64,000 nucleotides of DNA. Origin: an uncultured Acidobacteriota bacterium (lineage in GTDB: Bacteria; Acidobacteriota; Vicinamibacteria; Vicinamibacterales; SCN-69-37). Under the pieces are notes generated by a model, which searched no databases, was not told the DNA's origin, and saw nothing but the letters and a program-made list of their open reading frames with translations. Positions 57,347 to 64,000 of this stretch are shown in pieces. The stretch is taken from positions 1,076,729-1,140,728 of the forward strand of contig CAWCUZ010000001.1 in assembly GCA_963798795.1 (NCBI GenBank), written 5' to 3'. The translations under genes were made by a program, and so were the position numbers. Numbering within the stretch: position 1 is the first letter of the stretch; every line of letters begins with the position of its first letter.

Positions 57347-57622
57347 ATGGCACGCACCGGGACCACCGTGGATCTTCAGCCCATCGACCGACTGGAAGAA
57401 AAAGTCCGGCAACTCGTCGGCGTGATCGACACGCTGCGCGCCGAACGCGCCAAGGCGCTCGACGAAGCGGCCCGGCTGCAGCGCGAGCTCGAAACGGCGC
57501 GCGCCCGGCTCGGCGAGGCCGCCGGCGCCTCGGCCGAGGTGACGTCGCTGCGCGAGGAGCGCGAGCTCATCCGCAATCGCGTCGTGCAGATGATTGCGCA
57601 GATCGACAAGCTCGGCCTCTAG
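57347..57622 (+). CDS. ZapB-like coiled-coil cell-division protein.
   Basis: ORF of 91 aa with heptad-rich sequence (LEEKVRQLVGVIDTLRAERAKALDEAARLQRELETARARL). It sits immediately upstream of zapA. Confidence 0.6.
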   Translation: MARTGTTVDLQPIDRLEEKVRQLVGVIDTLRAERAKALDEAARLQRELETARARLGEAAGASAEVTSLREERELIRNRVVQMIAQIDKLGL

Positions 57623-57632
57623 ATTCCCGCTC

Positions 57633-57950
57633 ATGGAGAGCCGCGTCATTCACGTCGATATCCACGGCCAGCGCTACGCCATCCGCAGCGCGCTCGACGG
57701 GGCGTACGTGTGCGAGCTGGCGGCCTACCTCGACGAGAAGATGCGGCTCGCCGCCGCCGAGCTCCAGAGCGCCGACACGATGCGGATTGCCGTCGTCGCC
57801 GCATTGAACGTGGCGGACGAGCTGTTTCGTGCACGCGCCGACAGCCGCGGCGTCGAGGGCCGGCTCCTCGACCGCACCGCCGAAATCGAGCGGCTCGTGG
57901 ATGCGGTGCTCGCCGGCGCCGATGAACGCGCCGTCGCCGCCAACAGCTGA
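57633..57950 (+). CDS. zapA: Cell division protein ZapA.
   Basis: ORF 57594..57950 from MESRVIHVDIHGQRYAIRSALDGAYVCELAAYLDEKMRLAA...RIAVVAALNVADELF. Confidence 0.8.
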   Translation: MESRVIHVDIHGQRYAIRSALDGAYVCELAAYLDEKMRLAAAELQSADTMRIAVVAALNVADELFRARADSRGVEGRLLDRTAEIERLVDAVLAGADERAVAANS

Positions 57951-57984
57951 GCAGCGCGCCCGGTCCGCATGCTAAGATGCCCGA

Positions 57985-58176
57985 GGACTTCGAGTTCCCT
58001 GCTTTGCACGTGATGGTTCGGAGTGTCGCTTGAGCCAACGTCACGTCCAAAGTGAGCCGCGACGTTGCGTGGTGTGCATGCCTCCGCAGTGAGGAAGCCT
58101 GAAGCGCGACTTCTCGAGTGGCTCCACCTGCTTTGCAGGTTCATCCGACCTCCCCACACGGCAAAGCGGGGTCCTT
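57985..58176 (+). ncRNA. ssrS: 6S RNA (SsrS). The ends are approximate.
   Basis: It fills the non-coding gap after zapA, which is the classical zapA-ssrS synteny. The closing helix pairs CCCUGCUUUGC (57997-58007) with GCAAAGCGGGG (58161-58171). The core GGUGUGCAUGC-CCUCcgcaguGAGG-AAGCCUGAAGCGCGAC (58070-58110) closely parallels the E. coli 6S segment GGUGAGCAUGC-hairpin-AAGCCUUAAAACUGCGAC as I recall it. A possible -10 box TAAGAT lies at 57973-57978. Confidence 0.75.
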
Positions 58177-58180
58177 TCCG

Positions 58181-59189
58181 ATGACGACTGTCGCCGCGCT
58201 CGGTGAGCGCGCGCTCGTCGAGCGCGTGCGGCAGCGCGCTGGCGCGGCCCCCCCCTACGTCGCGCTCGGGATCGGCGACGACGCCGCGGCGATCGAACCC
58301 GAGCGCGGCACGATCGACGTCCTGACCACCGACAGTCTCATCGAAGACGTGCACTTCCGGCGGGCCACCACACCACTGGCGGCCGTGGGGCACAAGGCGC
58401 TCGCCGTCAATCTCAGCGACCTCGCCGCCATGGGCGCTCGACCGCGCGCCGCGCTGCTCAGCCTCGCCCTGCCGCCCGATCTCCACGATCGCCGACTTCG
58501 ACGCCCTGCTCGACGGACTGCTGGCGCTGGCCGTCGATTCGAAATGTCCCCTGATCGGCGGCAACATGGCACGTTCTCCGGGACCGGTCGTGGTGGATGT
58601 GACCGTGGCCGGCGCCGTCCGGCGTCGGCACCTCCTCACCCGCGGCGGCGGACGTCCCGGTGATGAGCTCTACGTGACCGGCCGGCTGGGCGCCGCGGCG
58701 GCGGGCTGGTCCATGCTCGAGGCCGGACGAGCGCGGGCCGATCTGGACGCGGCGGCCGGCGAATGCGTGGTCCGCTACGAGCGCCCCGCCCCTCGACTTC
58801 GCTGCGGCTGGGCCGTCGCCCGCACCCGCGCCGCGCGTGCCTGCATGGACCTGTCCGACGGCCTGGCCGACGCCGCCCGCCAGATGGCCGCGGCGGCCGG
58901 TCTGGGTGTCATCGTCGAAACCAGCCGCGTGCCCGTTCACCCCGGCGCCCGCGACTGGGCCGCCGGTTCCGGGGGCGACGCGCTGAACTGGGCCCTCTCA
59001 GGGGGTGAGGACTACGAGTTGCTGTTCGCCGTCGCGCCGAGGTCTCGGCGGAAGTTCCTGGCTGCTGTCGGCCGATGCCGGCACGTGAATGTGACGCTGG
59101 TCGGGCACCTGACCGCCCAGGCCGGCGCGTGGCTCCAGAACCCCGACGGCCGTCTGCAGCCGTTGCCAGAGGGCTTTTCGCACTTCTGA
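58181..59189 (+). pseudogene. thiL: Thiamine-monophosphate kinase with one frameshift.
   Basis: ORF 58118..58663 from MTTVAALGERALVERV carries GIGDDAAAIEP, TTDSLIEDVHF, GHKALAVNLSDLAAMGARP and LLSLALPPDL. The continuation TIADFDALLDGLLALAVDSKCPLIGGNMARSPGPVVVDVTVAG... is in the frame of ORF 58566..59189, which also holds CMDLSDGLADA and LSGGEDYELLFA. An extra base lies near 58483. Confidence 0.85.
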
Positions 59190-59302
59190 CTCCAGCCGGC
59201 AGTGCGCTCTAATCTATCTGTTTTCAGTAACTTACAACTCTGGATGGGAAATATTTCCGTGCGACGCGGGTCCGACCCCGGGGTACGATCGTCTGAACAG
59301 AC

Positions 59303-59770
59303 ATGTTCCTGTCCCGGTCGATACGGCGGAAGCTGCTGGCGACTGCCCTGAGCGCGCTCGGGTTCGTCCTGCTGTACGAGGCGTCCACGATCGATTCCCA
59401 CACCATCGCCAGTCTGGCGGCACAGTCGGGCGTGGCGCCCCGGTTCGCGGCGGGATCTCAGGCGCAGTTCACGGCCACCGCCTACTGCAAGGGACAGACG
59501 ACGGCCTCGGGCGTGGCGGTCCGGTCGGGCATCGTCGCCGCCGACCCCAACCTGCTCCCGCTCGGATCCGTCATCCGAATCGACGACGGGCCCGAGCGCT
59601 ATCGCGGGATCTACACCGTGATGGACACCGGCCCGAAGGTGCAGGGCCGGCACATCGACGTCTACATCTGGAGCTGCTACGAAGCGCTCGACTTCGGGCG
59701 GCGGTCGCTGAACGTCACGGTGCTCCGCCACGGGTATCGTCCGAACGATCTGGCCCGGCGCGGCAACTGA
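59303..59770 (+). CDS. 3D-domain (MltA/RlpA-like double-psi beta-barrel) protein, membrane anchored.
   Basis: ORF of 155 aa with a TM anchor LLATALSALGFVLLY and the 3D domain FTATAYCKGQTTASGVAVRSGIVAADPNLLPLGSVIRIDD...YTVMDTGPKVQGRHIDVYIWS. Confidence 0.75.
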   Translation: MFLSRSIRRKLLATALSALGFVLLYEASTIDSHTIASLAAQSGVAPRFAAGSQAQFTATAYCKGQTTASGVAVRSGIVAADPNLLPLGSVIRIDDGPERYRGIYTVMDTGPKVQGRHIDVYIWSCYEALDFGRRSLNVTVLRHGYRPNDLARRGN

Positions 59771-59776
59771 CGCACG

Positions 59777-61512
59777 TCAGGTTTCCTGCTCCCGATACTG
59801 CAACTGATACAGCCGGTAGTAGAGCCCGCGCCGGGCCAGCAGTTCCTGGTGGGTGCCGCTCTCGCGCAGCTCGCCCTTGTGCAGTACCAGGATGCGATTC
59901 ATGTCCTGGATCGTCGAGAGCCGGTGCGCGATCGCGAGGACGGTGCGGTCCGCCATCAGGACGTGGAGCGCGTCCTGGATGAGCCGTTCCGTCTCGGTAT
60001 CGATGCTCGAGGTCGCCTCGTCGAGCACCAGCACCGGCGGATCGAACGCCAGGGCCCGCGCGAACGACAGCAGCTGTTTTTCGCCGACCGACAGCGTCGC
60101 GCCGCGCTCGGCGACCGCGGCCTGGTAGCCGCCGGGCAGCGCCTCGATGAATCGATCGGCGCGGACGGCCGTCGCGGCGCGTCTGACCGCGTCGTCTCAA
60201 ATGTCGGCGCGGCCCAGCCGGATGTTGCCGGCGATGGTCCCGGAAAACAGGTGCACGTCCTGCAGGACCAGCCCGAACCGCGCCCGCAGATCGGCCAGGT
60301 CCAGGCCGCGGACGTCGAGGCCGTCGACCAGGATGCGCCCGCGCGAGACGTCGTAGAAGCGCAACAGCAGGTTGATGAGCGTCGTCTTGCCCGACCCGGT
60401 CGCACCGACGATGCCGATTCGCTCGCCCGGCTCGACGACGAACGACACGTCGCGCAGCACGTACTGCTCGTCCTGGTAGGCGAACCACACGTGGTCGAAC
60501 TCGATCCGCCCGATCCGCCGGGTTGCCGCGGGCGCCAGGGCCGGTGTCGGCAGCGGCGAGTCGATCGCGACCGGCGTGTCGAGCAGGGTGAAGATGCGCT
60601 CCGAAGCGGCCATCGCGCCCTGCAGGATGTTGAACTTCTCGGACAGGTCGCTGATCGGCTGGAAGAACCGGCGCGAGTACTGGAGAAACGCGACGAGCAC
60701 GCCGATGCTGACCACGCCGTCCAGCGACCACCCTCCGCCGATCCAGATGATCAGCGCGCCCGAGAGCGCGGCCAGGATTTCGATCGCCGGATAGAACACG
60801 GCGTAGTAGAAGATCGCCGCGAGGTTGACGTCGCGGTGTTCGCGGTTGATCGCGTCGAACCGCCGGAAGACCCGGGCCTCCTGGCCGAACAGCTGGACGG
60901 TGGACATGCCCGTGATGTGTTCCTGCAGAAAGGCGTTGAGCCGCGCCACCAGCGCCCGTACCTGGCGGTACGACTCGCGCACGTGGTGCCGGAACCAGGC
61001 CGTCGTCCAGCCGATGAGGGGCAGCACCGTGAACGCCACCAGCGCCAGGCGCCAGTTCATGACCAGCATGACCACCATGATTCCGGCCAGCACGAGCACG
61101 TCGCCGACCACCGTCACGACGCCGGACGCGAACAGATCGTTCAGCGCGTCGACGTCGGTCGTGACGCGCGTCATCAGCCGGCCGACCGGATTGCGGTCGT
61201 AGTAGGCGAGATCGAGGCGTTGCAGGTGCGCGAACACCTGCATGCGGAGCCGGTGCATGATGCGCTGGCCCGTCGCCTGCAGGATGTAGGTCTGCCCGTA
61301 CTCGAACGACGAACGCCGCCGCCAGCAGCCCGAGGAACAGCAGGACGATGCGGCCCAGGCCCGCCAGCGTCGCCGGTCGTGATGTAGCGGTCGATGGCCT
61401 GCTGGGTGACCCAGGGCTGCGCCAGCTCGACGACCGAGCCGCCGAGAATCCCGACGAGCGCGAGCGAGACGGCGAGCTTGTGCGGCCCGAGATAGGTCAG
61501 CAGCCGCCGCAT
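59777..61512 (-). pseudogene. ABC exporter, fused permease/ATPase (second of a pair), with two frameshifts and one in-frame TGA.
   Basis: MRRLLTYLGPHKLAVSLALVGILGGSVVELAQPWVTQQAIDRYITTGD is in ORF 61174..61512. LAGLGRIVLLFLGLLAAAFVV is in the third frame. FEYGQTYILQATGQRIMHRLR...GATGSGKTTLINLL...GNIRLGRADI is in ORF 60197..61717. After TGA (60197-60199), the same frame continues [70 protein letters not shown]... to 59777. Shifts fall near 61373 and 61305. Confidence 0.85.
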
Positions 61513-61563
61513 CAGGCGCGCGTCGTACGCTTTGCCGATGACGTCGTCGCTGCATGGCCGCTC

Positions 61564-63331
61564 TCAGGCCTCCCGGAGTTCCTGCTTCGAGCATCTGCCG
61601 GCGGTGCAGCTCGGCGTAGACGCCGCCCAGGTTCACCAGCTCGTCGTGCGTGCCGCGCTCGACGATCCGGCCCCGCGACAGCACGACGATCCGATCCGCG
61701 TCGCGCACCGTGGACACGCGATGCGAGACGAGCCATGCCGTGCGGCCCGCCGCACGTCCCGCAGTTGCATGAGGATGGCGGCCTCGGTCGACGTGTCCAC
61801 CGCCGACAGCGCATCATCGAGGACGAGAATGCGCGGATCGACCGCCACGGCGCGCGCGATGGCCGTCCGCTGGCTTCTGGCCGCCCGACAGCGTGATGCC
61901 GCGCTCGCCCACCAGCGTGTCGAAGCCGCGGTCGAATCCGGCGACTTCGGACGCGAGCGCCGCCGTGTCCGCCGACGCCTCGATGCGTCGGCGGGCGGCC
62001 GGTTCCTCGGCGTCGCCCGAGAGGCCGAAGCCCACATTGCCGGCGACCGTGTCGGAGAACAGAAACGGCTCCTGCGGCACCACGCCGATCGCGCCGCGAA
62101 GCCGCGCGAGCGGAATCTCGAGCACGTCGACGCCGTCGATGAAGACCGAGCCGGGCGGCGGGTCGTGCAGCCGCGGCAGCAGGTTCACCAGCGTCGACTT
62201 GCCGGAACCGGTGGCGCCCACCAGCGCGAGCGTGCGCCCGGTTCCACCGTCAGGCTACACATCGTGGAGCGCGTCGGCCGCCGCGCCGGGTACCGGAACG
62301 TCAGGTGGCGGATCTCCACGCGCCCGTGGATCCCCGCGGCGAGCGCCTCCGGCCGCGCGGCCGCGTCGTTGACGGCCGGCGCCGTGTCCATCACCTCGAG
62401 CATGCGGCTCCATGATGCGGCGCCGCGCTGGATGATGTTCGTCACCCAGCCGAAGGCGATGAGCGGCCAGGTCAGCAGCACCAGATAGCGGCTGAAGGCG
62501 ACGAAGTCGCCCAGCGTGATCCGCTGCGCGATGACGTCGCGCCCGCCGACCCACAGCACCAGGGCGGCGCTCGTGCCCAGGCAGACCGTCAGCGTCGGGA
62601 AGAACGCCGCCTGCAGCCGAATCAGGCCGAAGTTGCGGCGGACGTACTCGTCGTTCGCGGCACGGAACCGCCCGATCTCGCTCGACTCCTGGCGGTAGGC
62701 GCGAACGACGCGGACGCCCGCGAGCGCCTCCTGCACGACCGCGCTCAGCTCCGACAGCTGCGCCTGGATGCCTTCGAACCGCTCGTGGATGACCCGGCCG
62801 AAGTGCCGCGTCGCCAGCGTCACCGCCGGCATCGGCAGGAGCGCGATGAGCGTCAGCCGCACGTCGATCGTGAACATCAGGACGATCGCCAGCACGAACC
62901 CTAGAACCGTGGTGGCCGAAGTACATGACGGCGGGCCCCAGCATCATGCGGACGGCGCCCAAATCGTTGGTGGCACGCGACATCAGGTCGCCGGTCCGGT
63001 TACTCTGGTAGTAGCCGGCGGACAGGCGCTCGAGGTGGGCAAAAAAATCGTTCCGGAGCGCATATTCCATGCGCCGGGAAGCGCCGATAAAGTATTTGCG
63101 CATCAGGTACCGGAACACGCCGTCCCCCACGGCCAGCGCCAGGGTGAGCACGGCATAGGCGGCCAGCACGGAGCGGTCGACGCCCCGCGTGAGGCCGTCG
63201 ACGACGTACTTGAGGATCCAGGGCGAGACGAGCGAGATGGAAGTGCCCGCCAGGACGCAGGCGAGGCCGATCAGCAAGTCGCGGCGCGCGCTGCGGACGT
63301 ATGGCAGCAACCGTCCGAGCGCCCCACGCAT
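61564..63331 (-). pseudogene. ABC exporter, fused permease/ATPase (first of a pair), with about seven frameshifts.
   Basis: MRGALGRLLPYVRSARRDLLIGLACVLAG...GPAVMYFG is inside ORF 62255..63712. The TMD ATTVLGFVLAIVLMFTIDV...EIRHLTFRYP is in ORF 62185..62895. The next segments change frame: GAAADALHDV / SLTVEPG / [20 protein letters not shown]...LSGGQK (ORF 61814..62221) / [30 protein letters not shown] (ORF 61633..62037) / [37 protein letters not shown]...RRQMLE / KQELREA, with the stop at 61564. Shifts fall near 62920, 62295, 62258, 62236, 61890, 61745 and 61590. Confidence 0.8.
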
Positions 63332-63346
63332 GGAGGCAGTATAGCA

Positions 63347-64000
63347 ATGCAGGATCGCACCACCCGTCGCACCGGCCGGCGCGCCGGCTTCGTGATCACC
63401 GCCGCGGCGCTCGCGCTGGCGCTCCCAGGCGCCGCCCGCGCGCAGTACTCGGCCCCCCGCCTGGCGTCGGATCAGCCGATCGGCGAGCGCTACCACGTCG
63501 AAGTGAGCGGCACGTTCTGGAACCCGAGCCCCACCGGCACCGTGTCGAGCGAACAGTGGGGGCTGGTCGGGTCCGACATCGACTTCACGAACGATCTCGG
63601 CTTCGCCCAGACGCGATTCAAGGAATTCCGCCTCGTCCTGCGTCCCACCACCCGGTCCAAGTTCCGCATCCAGTACACGCCGGTGCAGTACTCGGCGGCG
63701 TCCACCCTGCACCGCGACATCGTCTTCAACGGCATCAGATTCCCGGTGGCGCTGCCGGTGCAGTCGGAGTTCGGCTGGAAGGTGTGGCGCTTCGGCTACG
63801 AGTACGACGTGGCCTACGACCGGTGGGGCTACGTCGGCGTGGTGCTCGAGGGGCGCTACAGCGAGCTGACGACGACTCTGAGCGCCCCCCCCATCGCCGA
63901 AGAATTCACGCGCGCCAAGGCGCCGCTGCCGGCGATCGGCGGGGTGGCTCGGGTGTACGTCGTGCCGAGCGTCGCGATCAACTTCGAGTTGACCGGCATG
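63347..64000 (+). CDS. Predicted outer-membrane beta-barrel protein. It is partial and continues past the window end.
   Basis: This gene is not in the ORF track because no stop is reached. Hand translation from ATG 63347 gives MQDRTTRRTGRRAGFVITAAALALALPGAARAQYS...YHVEVSGTFWNPSPTGTVSSEQWGLVGSDIDFTNDLGF...FRIQYTPVQYSA...WKVWRFGYEYDVAYDRWGYVGVVLEGRY... It has a signal peptide and alternating aromatic beta-strand pattern, and stays open for all 218 codons. Confidence 0.6.
   Translation, partial: MQDRTTRRTGRRAGFVITAAALALALPGAARAQYSAPRLASDQPIGERYHVEVSGTFWNPSPTGTVSSEQWGLVGSDIDFTNDLGFAQTRFKEFRLVLRPTTRSKFRIQYTPVQYSAASTLHRDIVFNGIRFPVALPVQSEFGWKVWRFGYEYDVAYDRWGYVGVVLEGRYSELTTTLSAPPIAEEFTRAKAPLPAIGGVARVYVVPSVAINFELTGM

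Noticed and set aside
58118-58180. Upstream start (58118) for thiL as given by the ORF track.
   Set aside because: The added residues (MAPPALQVHPTSPHGKAGSFP) are not ThiL-like and would be encoded inside the predicted 6S RNA. The conserved ThiL N-terminus begins at ATG 58181.

Overview
GC-rich bacterial chromosomal segment (roughly two-thirds G+C by eye, not computed). The gene content includes many secreted M14/M16/M28/M10 peptidases, a BNR/sortilin-like protein, HEAT-repeat proteins and an ECF sigma pair. This resembles soil Acidobacteriota or Gemmatimonadota, but that is only a guess. I can support about 60 protein genes, one tRNA-Val(GAC) and a probable 6S RNA. Housekeeping blocks are ettA; acnA-queG-algH; lpxB / M16 pair / lpxD; gatC-gatA; ymdB-xseA-xseB-ispA-tlyA-nadK; mltG-ruvX; and tRNA-Val-thrS-infC-rpmI-rplT-pheS-pheT-zapB-zapA-ssrS-thiL. 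I found no transposase, integrase, phage gene, CRISPR array or recognisable defence or toxin system. Two window-wide properties stand out. (1) At least seven intergenic regions are filled with arrays of 7-9 nt tandem units, some arranged as opposed arrays that can fold into long hairpins. This is the feature I cannot explain with any element class I know. (2) About 40 reading-frame lesions (mostly single-base indels plus two in-frame stops) interrupt otherwise well-conserved genes. They concentrate in three clusters (1-6400, 42800-44260, 59800-63300), while neighbouring long genes (acnA, thrS, pheT, a 3.3 kb BNR gene) are intact. This looks more like local assembly or polishing error than decay, but the sequence alone cannot decide, so these loci are typed pseudogene. 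Smaller observations are an S41 peptidase homologue with both catalytic-dyad residues replaced, an ATC start codon for infC, Gly/Arg-rich inserts in secreted enzymes, and a PheT without the OB-fold domain. Many long ORFs in the six-frame track are GC-driven shadow ORFs and were ignored. Frameshift positions are approximate, reconstructed by hand translation.
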